Below are positions 15,524 to 29,166 of a stretch of 64,000 nucleotides of DNA, in pieces; the stretch's first letter is position 1; each line of letters opens with the position of its first letter. The notes beneath the pieces are model-generated. The model searched no databases and had not been told where the DNA came from. It was given only the letters and a program-made list of their open reading frames with translations. Source of the DNA: the human T2T-CHM13v2.0 reference genome, Homo sapiens. The stretch is from the NCBI RefSeq assembly GCF_009914755.1, contig NC_060946.1, one strand, 5' to 3'. The position numbers and the translations under genes are program-made.

Positions 15524-16198
15524 TGCTGTAATTAATTAAATGTTTTGTGCCCCCAGAATTCGCATGTTGAAGCCCTGATCCCCACTGTGAAGGCATTTGG
15601 AGGTGAGGCCTTGGGGAGGTGATTAGGGTCAGAGGAGGTCAGGAAAGTGGGTCCCATGATGGAATTAGTGCCTTTGTCAAAAGGTAGAAAAGCCAGGAGG
15701 TCTCTCTGTGCACCACCAAGGAAAGGTCATGTGAATCCATAACTAAAAAGGGCCCTCACCAAGAAACCTTCCATCATGGAGAAACCTTCCATCACCGAGA
15801 AACCTGCCATCACCGAGAAACCTGCCACCACCGAGAAACCTTCCATCACCGAGAAACCTGCCACCACCGAGAAACCTGCCACCACCGAGAAACCTGCCAC
15901 CACCGAGAAACCTTCCATCACCGAGAAACCTGCCATCACCGAGAAACCTTCCATCACCGAGAAACCTTCCATCACCGAGAAACCTTCCATCACCGAGAAA
16001 CCTGCCATCACCGAGAAACCCGCCCTCACCGAGAAACCTGCCCTGACCGAGAAACCTGCCCTCACGGAGAAACCCACCATCATGGAGAAACATGCCATGC
16101 CCTGACCTTGGACTTCCAGCTCCAAGAACTGTGAGAAATAAATGTTTGCTGTTTGAGCGGCCCAGCCGTGTTTCCCTTACAGCAACCAAGCTGAGACA
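15524..16198 (+). mobile_element. MLT1A-type MaLR LTR containing an 18-bp VNTR
   Basis: GTGCCCCCAGAATTCGCATGTTGAAGCCCTGATCCCC...TTTGGAGGTGAGGCCTTGGGGAGGTGATTAGG start and CTTGGACTTCCAGCTCCAAGAACTGTGAGAAATAAATG...CTGAGACA end. Confidence 0.85.
15757..16098. repeat. 18-bp minisatellite, about 19 copies
   Basis: Unit CACCGAGAAACCT(T/G)CCA(T/C); gives the TEKPSI/TEKPAT ORF periodicity. Confidence 0.95.
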
Positions 16199-16655
16199 GC
16201 ATCCCATCGCTCCACGGTTATTTTTCACAGCAAACCCATGCCTAAACATTTTTCCGATTTTAATTTTCCACTCCGTATTGCTAATATAAAGGAAATCTAT
16301 TGGTTTTGAAAATTCATCTTATACCCAGCAATTTTTTCAAATTTTTGAAATTAATTATAGTAGGGGGTTTGTTGTTGTTGTTTGGTTTATTTTTTGTTTT
16401 GCTTTTTCTTTTGTAAAAATATCTCTTTGGTTTCTTAGCTGCACAATCAGCCCATTGGCTAAAAGGATGCCTTTTTTCTGATTCCCCAATATTTATACTA
16501 ACTATTATTTGCTTTCTTGTGTTAGCTGGAGCCTCCAAAGTGGTGCTGAATAACGGTGTTTAGTGGCCCCAGTTTTAAAGGAAGTGCCTTAGTGTTTTCA
16601 GTCGTCTCTATCATTTCCTAATTTCCTGTCTAAGCACATATTTGCTTTGGATTTT

Positions 16656-17560
16656 TGTGTTAGGTTTTTATTGCTTCATGACATTACCATAAATGTAGTG
16701 GCTTAAAACAACATAAATTTTATTATATTAAAGGTTTATGGACGAAGAATTGGCAGGGTCTAGTTTACCTGGTGCAGTGGGCTGAACTGTGTCCCCTGAC
16801 AATTCATCGATTGAGGTTCTGACCCCCAGTGTGGCTGTATTTGGAGGCAGGTCCGTTAAGGAAGTAATTAAGGTTCAATGTGGACATTAGGGTGAGGCCC
16901 TGATCCAACAGGACTGGTGTCCCTACATGAAGAGGCACATTCCCTCTCTGTCTGTCTCTGCCATGTGAGGACATAGCAAGAGGGTGGGCAGCTGCAAACC
17001 AGGTATCAGGCCCTCACCAAAGGTCAACCCTGAGGGCACCTCGATCTCAGACTTCCAGCCTCCAAAATTGAGAAGTAAACATCTGTCATTTGAGCATCCA
17101 GGTTGTGGTATTTTATTAGACACTGGGGCTGACTGAGACAGCTGGGTCCTCCGCCGAGGGTCCCATCGGGCTGAAACTGTCCACTGGCAGCATCCTCACT
17201 GGGGGGCTGGACTGGGGGTGCTTCCTGGGATGGCTGGCAGAATGCATTTCCTTGTTGCTGTACGACTGAGGCCCCACCTTCTAACTAGCTCTTGGTGAAG
17301 GGCCACTCTCGGCAGCTGAAGGCCACCCCAGGTCCTGCCACCTGGCTCTAGGCAGGACTCAACATGGCTGCTCTTCATAGCCAGTGGTAGCATGGGCCTT
17401 GGATAGGTCGACATCCAGCCTGAGAAAATGCTGCTTGTAAAGGGATCACCTGATTAGGAGAGGCCCACCCAGATAGCTCATAGGTTCCAGCAACAAGCAA
17501 GGGAGGGGATGATACAGACCCTGTGCACCCAGACCACCGCGGAACTCTGTTTACCACAGG
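16656..17560 (-). mobile_element. Older MLT1 (E/F-like) LTR interrupted by a nested MLT1
   Basis: TAGTGGCTTAAAACAACATAAATTTTATTAT at the left; GCTGGCAGAATGCATTTCCTTGTTGCTGTACGACTGAGGCCCC...TACCACA continues on the right. Confidence 0.6.
16773..17140 (+). mobile_element. MLT1B-like solo LTR nested in another MLT1
   Basis: TGCAGTGGGCTGAACTGTGTCCCC...GACTGAGACA; TSD CCTGG/GCTGG (4 of 5). Confidence 0.8.
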
Positions 17561-17635
17561 TTTTATTAAGAATACCTTCCAAATATTATTACACGTGGAA
17601 TCCCAGCACAAATTTAATAATATTTAGCACAAATT

Positions 17636-18253
<618 letters not shown>

Positions 18254-18279
18254 AAATTTTTTGGTTTCTAACCATTTTT

Positions 18280-18950
18280 GCATCTCAACTTACTGGATTA
18301 TAAACAGAGTTTTTACAATTTGTGAGATTCTTCCTTTTTAAATTTGTTAAGGTTGACTTGGTGGCTAAAGGCAATCTATTTTTTGGAATATTCAACTGAT
18401 AGGACAAAACATGATTTTTTTTCTTGTTGAAGAACATAAATTATGTTGTATTGTTTATTGTTTGTCCTCTATATTCTTTTTTATGTATTTTCTGCTTGGG
18501 GTTCCAAGAGATGTATGCAGACACCCCACTCTGCTTCTGTTTTTGTTCACACTATTCTGGATTTTCTGGTAGTTTTTGCTCCATACATTTAGTGGGTGTC
18601 CTGTTTGTTACTTAGCAGTTTTTGTCAATTTAATTAAATTTCTTATCAACTGGACAATTTTTCATTATGTAATCATCTACTTTCCCCTTGACTACTTTTA
18701 AGTCTATATTCTTCCTTGAACGAAGTTAAAATTGCCACTAATTTATATTTGACCTTCCTCTGCTACTTAGTTTCAGGTGTTTCCTATAAGCCATGGAGCT
18801 GACTTTTGTCTTCTAAATGAATCAGTGATTCTTTCACTGAAAGGGGAATTTATTCTGTTCTCATTAAGACCTCGTCCATATTCTTGATTTTCTTTTCTCT
18901 TATTTGTTTTAAACTCTACTTTTTTGGTACCATCTTTTTTCCTCTCCTCT
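18280..18950 (-). mobile_element. Ancient L1M fragment (antisense)
   Basis: T-rich degenerate L1-like sequence; boundaries approximate. Confidence 0.45.
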
Positions 18951-20356
18951 TTTCTGATGCTTTGCCAAGTTCCTGTGTGCTGTGTCTGTTTCTTTCAAAT
19001 GTGGGAATCCTACTGAGTTCTTACAGCTCACTGGAAGTTCCTATACTTTCCTGACCCGCAGGCACGGCAGGGGACATCAGCATTCCTGTATGATTCCTCA
19101 TCCTCTCCTAGTGAGCATACCTGGGCTGGCCTGCTGAACCGGCTCACCTCGGCCACCCAGCCCAGGCCAACCCAGTTCTGTCGACTCTCAGCCGACCCAG
19201 ACGAATGACAGAGCCCGGCTTAGGGCAGGGAACTGCCAGCCAACCCCTGCCAAAATCGCAGACCCACAGCCCTGAGCTGAGCCCAGTGTCCACTATGTCT
19301 TGTCCCTGAGGTGTTGGGGTCTTTGTCATGTGCCGAGTTCATGGTGACCAATGACAGATACACCGTCTGCTCAGGTCACCACGCGCCAAACCCCCAACAC
19401 AACAGCCCCCATGTTCCTCAGACATTTCCCCCAGACATCAAAGAACTTACTGGAAAAATAAGTTTTATAGTTCATAAAAGAAATCAGAGAGAAATGCTTT
19501 ATTTCTAGTCTGCACACAGAAAATTAAATGAAATATAAATTCTTAATCACATGCCCAGTAAAGAGAAAGAACCTTCGCTGTAGGCACTAAATCGGCTTTG
19601 ACATTTACAACTTCATTAAACAATGAAACAAAGTCACAGCTTTTGTAACTTGTAAAATATGACAGCAGTGGGATCCAGCCCCAAATTTAAGCGATATTTA
19701 GACATTGCAAGAATATGAGATTGAGGCTTAAGGGGCTTAAGGGGCTTATCTCAGACCCAGAAAGTTGGCAAACTTTTATATTTATTGAATATTCATTTGA
19801 ATGAATGATGACACTTTATTTTAGGCATGACAAGGAAGATTTCAGATAAAGATTATGCCGGACGCGAAGTTCCCCCATGGGGCCACATGACTGTCTGCTT
19901 TCCAGAAAAGACATTAGTGCTCCTTGGAGGTTAAAATGGGTGCAAGTTTATCAACCTTCAAACAACAGCTTCTAAACCACATGCCCTCTGCAGGCTCACA
20001 GACGATTCTCCAAGAAAATTGCCTGGCAGTTGACCGCGGCATCGGTGGTGACCGTTCAGGTGTGCCAAGGACAGGCTGGTTTGTCCTCGTCGTCCTGAGC
20101 ACTCTGGCCAGGGTCATGAACAGGCAGGTTCCACAGATCCCCAGGCCCAGCCAAAGCAGCACCCTGGTCTGCAGGTGGCACCTCTGCCTCAGGCCAGGCT
20201 CCAGAAAGCCAGATGGAAGTCAGGGCTGCTTAGACACACACCCCATGCCTGGAGACAGAGAACCGGAAGGGGCCCCCCGACCTGCTTATCAGGAAAAGAA
20301 GCAGAATCTATGGACACCTGTGGGCCTCACTGGGGGGACTGGCGGGGAGCAAGTGT

Positions 20357-20980
20357 GATATCTGCGCCGTGGGTCCAGACGCCCTCCCACCGTGATATCT
20401 GCACCATGGATACAGACACCCTCCTACCATGATATCCGCGCCGTGGGTACAGACGCCCTCCCACCGTGATATCTGCGCCGTGGGTACAGACGCCCTCCCA
20501 CTCTGATATCTGCGCCGTGGGTACAGACGCCCTCCCACCGTGATATCTGCGCCGTGGGTACAGACGCCCTCCCACCGTGATATCTGCGCCATGGGTACAG
20601 ACGCCCTCCCACTCTGATATCTGCGCCGTGGGTACAGACGCCCTCCCACTCTGATATCTGCGCCGTGGGTACAGACGCCCTCCCACCGTGATATCTGCGC
20701 CATGGGTACAGACGCCCTCCCACTCTGATATCTGCGCCGTGGGTACAGACGCCCTCCCACTGTGATATCTGCGCCGTGGGTACAGACGCCCTCCCACTGT
20801 GATATCTGCGCTGTGTGGGTACAGATGCCCTCTCACCGTCGTATCTGCGCCGTGGGTACAGACGCCCTCCCACCATGATATCTGCACTGTGGGTACAGAC
20901 GCCCTCCCACCATGATATCTGCACTGTGGGTACAGACGCCCTCCCACTGTGATATCCGCACCTTGGGTACAGACACCCTC
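20357..20980. repeat. 37-bp CpG-rich minisatellite, about 17 copies
   Basis: Unit GATATCTGCGCCGTGGGTACAGACGCCCTCCCACCGT; GATA at 20357, 20394 and onward. Confidence 0.96.
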
Positions 20981-22796
20981 TGGCTCTGCTGGTGACTGGC
21001 AGCAGCCATTGCTTCCTTAAGGAACCCCGGGCCTGGTCTCATCGCTTCCCCAGGCCCATGGAGCCCTCCAAGGTCCTCGTTAGCTCACCCACTGCCTGGG
21101 CGTGACTCCCCACCTGCTGCCAAGCCAGAGGCCTGGGCCACCTCCACCTGACTCTGGGGTATCCTCAGCCTCATCCAGGGTCCAGCAGACCCCAGGCTTC
21201 AACCCCGGCTGCCACGGCCCCACTCCAGGTAGCTCAGCCTCTCTGCCCAGGTGGTCTTGTTGAACCAGCCTCATGTCACTATCTCTGTGCTGAAATGGGG
21301 TACTGGTCACACTCACCTGGAACAAGAGGCCCACCTCATAACTGCCTAACAGGGTCTTGCATCCTGAGGCTGCTGCGAGGCTGTGGAAAGGAAAGGGGAT
21401 TGGTCTAGGTGGGCACTGCAGGCGGACTGGCCAGGCAGGAGAGCAGGCAGACCCCACTCGCCTGTCAGCGGGAGCTTCTGCTGGGGCCCTGACCTTCTCC
21501 CAGCCTTGCCCCGCTCCCGTCTCCCCCAGGCCCCCTTCCCTTCTTTATCTTCCCACAGCTGCATCCTGGACCCCAGCCAGGTCCGCCCTATATCTTGCGC
21601 TTCTTCTGGTACTTCCCTAAAGAGAGCAGCCCGGTCTTCTCCCAATTCCCATCCCCAGATCGCGGAAGAATCTATGATAACGACACCATGAAGGCCTCAT
21701 TAACATGGAAATGAACAGCCAGACACCTACGCCCTCTGCACAGCAGCTTCTTCACTGGGGGCCTGGAGGAGGCCCTGGAAGGTGGGGAGAAGCCAGAACC
21801 GCAGGCCCTGCTGGAAAGGCTGAGTGTGGGGGCTGCAGGGACCTCAGGGCAGGCAGCCGTACCCTGGTGCTGGACGTGGTTGGAGCAGCCCAGCCTGGCT
21901 CAGCCCCAAGCGCTGGGTCTTTGGATCCCAAACCAAGAGTCCTATCCCCCTTTCCCCCTCTCCCAGACATCCATGGCCTGGGTCCCAACCCACAGACCGC
22001 CTGGACCCATGTGAACGGCGAGCCCGACGCCCATAGCGCAACTAAAACCTCAAGGAGGAGCCCGGCAGGCCCAGCAGCGGAGACCTCGAGCAAATCCGTC
22101 ACTGCAGGTTTGAAAGGTGGATGCAGTGTTTGCTGCCGGCAGGATGAGCCCAGTTCCCAGGCCAGCACCAGAAGAAGGCAGCGCATGGGAGCTCACGGAC
22201 AAGGCCCAGGACCGGTGTCCTGAGGGGCAGGGCCTGGGTAGGACAGGAGCGCCCTAACACCTCCCTGCCCGTTCCTTTGTGCCCCAGGAAACAGGGAAAG
22301 GAGGCCAGCACCATCCTGTCCAGCGCAGGCCAGAGGTGCCTGCAGGGATGTTTGGTTTTGCGTCCTCCATCAAGTCAGGGGTTGTGTTCCAGGCCCAGCT
22401 CCTCCAGGCTGCAACCAGGCCCTCCCACGAGCCAGGGGTCCTCCTTGCAGCTGCCTCTTCCCAGGCCTGGCCTCACCATCCTCTCTGCCGCCCGGGACTG
22501 GCTGCCCCTCTGGCCCCAGCTGGATGCCAGGAATGTGGTCCAGGTCTGCTTCCCATGGCTCTGGGATATCCAAGAAAGGGATCCCACCCAGGAAAGCCAC
22601 TCAGTCCACCGGCCACTCCATCCCACACAGGAACACTCCTCTCCAGTCCCTCCTGTGCGGGGCCTCTGAGACCAGGCAGCTCAGACGGGGGTTTGTGTCC
22701 AAAGTGAGCCGGGAGCCCCTTCTCTGTAGCAGCCCCAAGTGCTCCTGGCGCCCCTTTGGAAGTGCTGGGGCCTGATGTGGCTCTCATGGCCTCCTG

Positions 22797-22965
22797 GGGC
22801 CATCCACACTCCAATCCCTCCCTCCCCTGAAGCCCTCCAGGGCCATCCACACTCCCATCCCTCCCTCCCCTGAAGCCTTCCAGGGCCATCCACACTCCAA
22901 TCCCTCCCTCCCCTGAAGCCCTCCCCGGCCATCTGCACTCCCATCCCTTCCTCCTCTGAAGCCCT
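22797..22965. repeat. 43-bp minisatellite, about 4 copies
   Basis: CATCCACACTCC at 22801, 22844, 22887 and a variant at 22930. Confidence 0.88.
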
Positions 22966-23919
22966 TGGTGTTTTGGCCTTCACTCCCGGCTGTGCGGGTC
23001 CTCGCAGGGGGGTGAGCTGTGGTTTGGGGATGCTGCCCACAACCAAGCAGTCTTCCAGCTTCCGTCCCCTCCTTCCCGCCGTGAAGCAGCCAAGTCAGGC
23101 ACTGGGCCCCGGCTTACTTTGAGGGCTGCGCCCCCTCCAAGTGCGTTCTGCAAGTGCCGTGAAGGTGTAGCGCCGGGGTTCACATCAGGGGCTCACCTGG
23201 CCTGGACCCCAGGAGGCCCCCAAAGTACACTCAGACGGTTCTCCCCCAGGCTGAGGTCAGCCCCAGGTCCCCAGCCCTCCCGTGCCTGGCCCCATCTCTA
23301 AAACGCCTTGCTCAGACCCCCAGGTGGGCACAGCCGGCCCTCCTCCTACCTCCCCAGCTGCTCTTCCTCCATCTTTGCTGTTTCTTGACCGCCCCAGCCT
23401 CAGGGCCTTCAAGGAGCTGTCACCTTTCCCTGGAAATTCCCATGGTCAACTTCATAACCCTTTCAAGCCTTTACTCAAAGCCCGTGGCCCCCCAGCTGTA
23501 CCCAGTGGCCCCTCCAGGCTCTGTTCCAAGGCGCCAACGAAATCTCCTAACCTGACTCCTGTGCGGGTTTCCTCTTCTGCGCGGCCAGCTGCCCGGGAAG
23601 GAAGGTGGCCCACTGTGCACCTGGTGGCACCTGTCGCTTCCGGACTCCAGCAGGGTCCACAGGCTGGTTGGGAACTTGCCCGTGGATCCTCCGACTCGTG
23701 TGTATTTGGTTCCTGTCCAGGGCTCATCGGAGAGGCTGAGACCTCCACATGGGTTCCTGGGCCTGCACCGTCACCCACGCTCACCCACAGCCCTCGGAGA
23801 TAACATCAAACTCTTAAACCGGGAAGGTTTGTGCAAACAGCAGTGACCTCCAGAAGCCACTGTCAGTAACTAAGTGCCCACCTTTCCTGAGAGGCCGTCT
23901 CCTCGCGTAACGTGCCAGT

Positions 23920-24350
23920 GCAGTCCCGAGCTATTTTTAAGTCCGCCGGCAGAGGCCGAGGGATTGAATGTGTTATTATCCAATGATGGCTGGTGATCAT
24001 CAATTACTTAACCGAGAGAATCAAAGTACAAATTGCCGGGTTCACTCAATTACTGCTAAAATGGTATAAAAGCATTTTAATTGTAATCAGAACGTACTGT
24101 CTCCAGTGTAGATATTAAAGGGAATAGTGAGTCATAAATACAGTGACCCATTTATCTCCTTATCTGCTTACCAAACAGAAACATTACACCCAGCAAATGG
24201 ATTCAAAAACCAGAACCAAGTTAATTAGGTTTACTGAATTAGTGGAACATCTAAATTGGATTCCATTCCGCTGTTTAGTTGAAGTTTATCTTAGCTTGGA
24301 GCTGATTTTCCAGCTGAAGAAGGAGTGTCAAGTAAAGTAATGAACCTACT
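23920..24350. promoter_or_regulatory. Candidate enhancer / conserved non-coding element
   Basis: AT-rich non-repeat island; MEF2-type CTATTTTTAA 23931-23940, TCF/LEF ATCAAAG 24020-24026, AP-1 TGAGTCA 24128-24134, several TAATT cores. Confidence 0.4.
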
Positions 24351-24561
24351 ACAAAATTATTTTCTTAAAAAAATTATAGTAAAAGACCCATCCATCAGAC
24401 TTATTTATCTTTTTTTTTCTTTTGTAGAGATGGTTTGAGAACGTCACTGATAATTTTTCCCTCAAGAGCCACACCTTATTCTCTTGTTACATCAGGGTCC
24501 TTTCTTCCCGCAGGGGCAGGAGGAAGGGGCTTGTCACTTGAGATCAGGGTTTTAGATTTAG

Positions 24562-24926
<365 letters not shown>

Positions 24927-25445
24927 TCAGTAGGTTCCTTTATTTCAGTTGTCTGAGGACTGTTTCTGGTTTTGCTCCTCAATATAGGGATCACAAGAGA
25001 GTCTACGCTGAGGACGTGGAGCACTAGTGAGAGCTAGTGGAGAGCAGGGCCAGGGACACCAGTGGCTTCCATGGTTATTGTTTGAGTTTGGCTGAACAGC
25101 CTGTGAGTATGGGCTGAGCTCCCTGGGCAGGGATGGACACAGCGGAGGCCCGAGCCTTCTCACTGCAGCTCAGCCAGCCCTGTAGGCTGGGGGGCCATGC
25201 TCCCACCCCCACTTCCACTGCAGTTGGAGCAGAGAGCAGAGGGCAGGCACTCTGACCTGAGACCTAGAAGCCAGAGACACCTTGACCTGTGTGCTTGGTT
25301 TCCATAGGCATGGAGGCCTGTGGAAGCAGCTGTCCCGGGCCCAGGGCAGATGCAGAGAGGCAGAGCCGAAGGACCCAGCCCTGCCCTGGGGCGGTGCCAT
25401 GGGAGAGGCAGGTAGGCAGGCAGCAAGGGCAGAGGCACAGGTGCA

Positions 25446-26618
25446 GTGGAAGGGCTGGGCAGGGGTGTCCGGGGCCGTGTGGAAGGGCTGGGCAGGGGTG
25501 TCCGGGGCCGTATGGAAGGGCTGGGCAGGGGTGTCCGGGGCCGTGTGGAAGAGCTGGGCAGGGGTGTCCGGGGCCGTGTGGAAGGGCTGGGCAGGGGTGT
25601 CCGGGGCCGTGTGGAAGGGCTGGGCAGGGGTGTCCGGGGCCGTGTGGAAGGGCTGGGCAGGGGTGTCCGGGGCCGTGTGGAAGGGCTGGGCAGGGGTGTC
25701 CGGGGCCGTGTGGAAGGGCTGGGCAGGGGTGTCCGGGGCCGTGTGGAAGGGCTGGGCAGGGGTGTCCGGGGCCGTGTGGAAGGGCTGGGCAGGGGTGTCC
25801 GGGGCCGTGTGGAAGGGCTGGGCAGGGGTGTCCGGGGCCGTGTGGAAGAGCTGGGCAGGGGTGTCCGGGGCCGTGTGGAAGGGCTGGGCAGGGGTGTCCG
25901 GGGCCGTGTGGAAGGGCTGGGCAGGGGTGTCCGGGAAGGGCTGGGCAGGGGTGTCCGGGGCCGTGTGGAAGGGCTGGGCAGGGGTGTCCGGGGCCCTGTG
26001 GAAGGGCTGGGCAGGGGTGCCCGGGGCCGTGTGGAAGGGCTGGGCAGGGGTGTCCGGGGCCGTGTGGAAGGGCTGGGCAGGGGTGCCTGGGGCCGTGTGG
26101 AAGGGCTGGGCAGGGGTGTCCGGGGCCCTGTGGAAGGGCTGGGCAGGGGTGCCCGGGGCCGTGTGGAAGGGCTGGGCAGGGGTGTCCGGGGCCGTGTGGA
26201 AGGGCTGGGCAGGGGTGTCCGGGGCCGTGTGGAAGGGCTGGGCAGGGGTGTCCGGGGCCGTGTGGAAGGGCTGGGCAGGGGTGTCCGGGAAGGGCTGGGC
26301 AGGGGTGTCCGGGGCCGTGTGGAAGGGCTGGGCAGGGGTGTCCGGGGCCCTGTGGAAGGGCTGGGCAGGGGTGCCCGGGGCCGTGTGGAAGGGCTGGGCA
26401 GGGGTGTCCGGGGCCGTGTGGAAGGGCTGGGCAGGGGTGCCCGGGGCCGTGTGGAAGGGCTGGGCAGGGGTGTCCGGGGCCCTGTGGAAGGGCTGGGCAG
26501 GGGTGCCCGGGGCCGTGTGGAAGGGCTGGGCAGGGGTGCCCGGGGCCGTGTGGAAGGGCTGGGCAGGGGTGCCCGGGGCCGTGTGGAAGGGCTGGGCAGG
26601 GGTGCCCGGGGCCGTGTG
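25446..26618. repeat. 33-bp G-rich minisatellite, about 36 copies
   Basis: Unit GTGGAAGGGCTGGGCAGGGGTGTCCGGGGCCGT; two shortened 24-bp units near 25931 and 26285. Confidence 0.97.
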
Positions 26619-27928
26619 CAGCCTTGCTTCACCCGCAGGAGCACCTAGGATACAGATGATGGGCAGATACCCAGGGGTCTCCAGGCGGTGGGAGCGCACC
26701 CCAGCAGGCTGCAGGCCTGGGGCGCGGACAGGCCTGACCTGCAGACTCTGGGCCATGGGAAGCCCCCATCCACATGGGCAGGGGGAATCTGTCATTCTGA
26801 ACAGTGAAACAAAGCACGGAGAGCCCACTCAAGTTCTCACTTCTAGAGAAGAGGCAGCCTCGCCTGTGTTCCCAGCTTCAGCCAGATATGCATGCGCTTG
26901 CAGAGGCTGGCACGCTCTGAGAGCCAAAGCCAGAGACGGGAAGTGGGAATCACTCCAAGGCTGGAAGGACACACAGACCCATGAGGATGGCCAGAGGAGG
27001 ACGGAGATCATACAGGGAGGTCCTGTTCTAAGAGGTCATGGGTAGGAACCTTCCGCGAATGCGGGAGGAAAACCCTCTCCTGGGCCATCTAGGGCAGCCA
27101 GACACATCACACACAGAGGAATTCTACACTTCCCACAGGTCAAAGGCAGGCCATCTACAGGGCAGCATCCTGGAACTGACTGCAGGTGCTCACCAGCAAC
27201 AGGGTGCTCACCCACAACAGGACGCAGAGACAACGCAGCCTTCACACCGGAGGAACCAACAGGGCGAGCCCCAAATTCTACACTGCTGGTAACACAGAGA
27301 CACATTCGTGCAACAAATCAAGGCTCAGCAAACAAATGGTGAAGCCTCATCATAAATATCAAAAGGCATTGGTGATAAATAAGAACAAAAAATAACAACA
27401 TCTGACAAAATAATTGATGAGAGAATCGTGGGTGCTGTGGGGACGGGTGAGTGTGGACAGAAGTTAAATCATGCTAATTTCCGTCTCATCCAGGAGGAAG
27501 ATAGATACACTGAATGCTTTTGGATTTATTTTAAAAGATATGCTTAAAATGTAAGGGTAATAAATATGTCTTGTATGTTCATACACAAATGTACACACAT
27601 AGAATGCACCAAACTGACAGAGGGAAATAAACTGAAAATAACAAGGGTTAGCAATTATATAGTTCTCTGCAGTTTTATATGACACTTAACAGACATTAAT
27701 TTATTTACTCTTCACCCAAATGCTATGGTAAGAAGTTATTATTATATCTGTCAAAATTGGAGTCATATCAACTTAGGAAAAATTTTAAAGTCTATTGTCA
27801 AACAATTAGAGAAGGCACAGCTCACAATCCGAGAAACTTTAAACCAAGTGTAAAAAGCATGTCTTATGGCAGTCACAGCACAGTTAATAAAGCATAAAAA
27901 GGAACTAATCCAACTTTTTCATGATTAA

Positions 27929-28282
<354 letters not shown>

Positions 28283-28489
28283 TGAGCTGTTTTGTCGAAG
28301 GTTGATTCGTTTACTTTCACTGAATCACGACGGTAAGAATGTGAAGCTTACGTTTTGTGTTTCATTTACGACTAGAGCTAGAATTTTGAGGAAATCAGGA
28401 TGATTTGTTTTGGCTGTGAGGTTATGGGTGGCTGGTTATGAGGTATGTCTAAAGTGTGGCCTCCATCTTTATTTTTCTTTAACATCCAC

Positions 28490-28620
28490 ATTTCCTGAAT
28501 GGAGAATCTGAGCCACTCAGAGGTGAAGTAACTTGTCCAAGGACACTCAGCAGATAAGTGACTGAGCTAAAATTCAAAACTAGGCCAGAGTCCGTGCCCT
28601 TAACCACTATTAAATACGGC
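28490..28620 (-). mobile_element. MIR fragment
   Basis: CAGAGGTGAAGTAACTTGTCCAAGGACAC...CCCTTAACCACTAT matches the antisense MIR core. Confidence 0.7.
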
Positions 28621-28861
28621 CTCTGAAGAAAATTGAATCAATCACAATAATGTCAAGAAAAGTGGCGGGGGAGAAAAAACAAAGACAGGGATTGATATGT
28701 ACAAAGCACAAAATAAGTGGACAGAAATTAGTCCAACTGTATGAAAAATCCAACAAATATAAGTGTGTTAAATATACTTTTTAAAATACAGAGACTCTCA
28801 AACAAATTAGGTTAAAAATAATTCAAGCTACGTGGTGTTTATAAAAAACATGCCATTAAAT

Positions 28862-29166
28862 GCTGAGCCCAATGGCTCATGCCTGTAACCCCAGCACTTT
28901 GGGGAGGCCGAGGTGGGCAGATCATTTGAGGCCAGGAGTTTGAGACCAGCCTGACCAACATGGTGAAACCCCATCTCTACCAAAAACACAAAATCAGCTG
29001 GGCGTGGTGGTGCACGTCTATAATCCCAGCTACTTGGGAGGCTGAGGCAGGAGAATTGCTTGAACCCGGGAGGCAGAGTTTGCAGTGAGCCGAGATTCGT
29101 GCCACTGCACTCCAGCCTGGGCAACGAGAGCAAAATTCCGCCTCAAAAAAAAAAGAAAGAAAAGTA
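28862..29166 (+). mobile_element. Alu inserted in an old L1 fragment
   Basis: Alu body; TSD AAACATGCCATT on both sides; A-rich L1-like flanks about 28650-29440. Confidence 0.92.

Noticed and set aside
15727-16249. Mucin-like TEKPSI repeat ORF
   Set aside because: An 18-bp VNTR inside an MLT1 LTR, with no signal peptide or gene context.
19724-19748. (GGCTTAAGG)-type short triplication
   Set aside because: Too short; ordinary slippage, and not a telomeric TTAGGG repeat.
20357-20980. CRISPR-like 37-bp repeats (also 43570-44123)
   Set aside because: Units are head-to-tail with no unique spacers, there are no cas genes, and the context is a primate genome.
25160-27045. ORFs of 400-587 aa in five frames
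   Set aside because: They are read-throughs of a stop-free 33-bp VNTR; openness in many frames on both strands argues against real coding.
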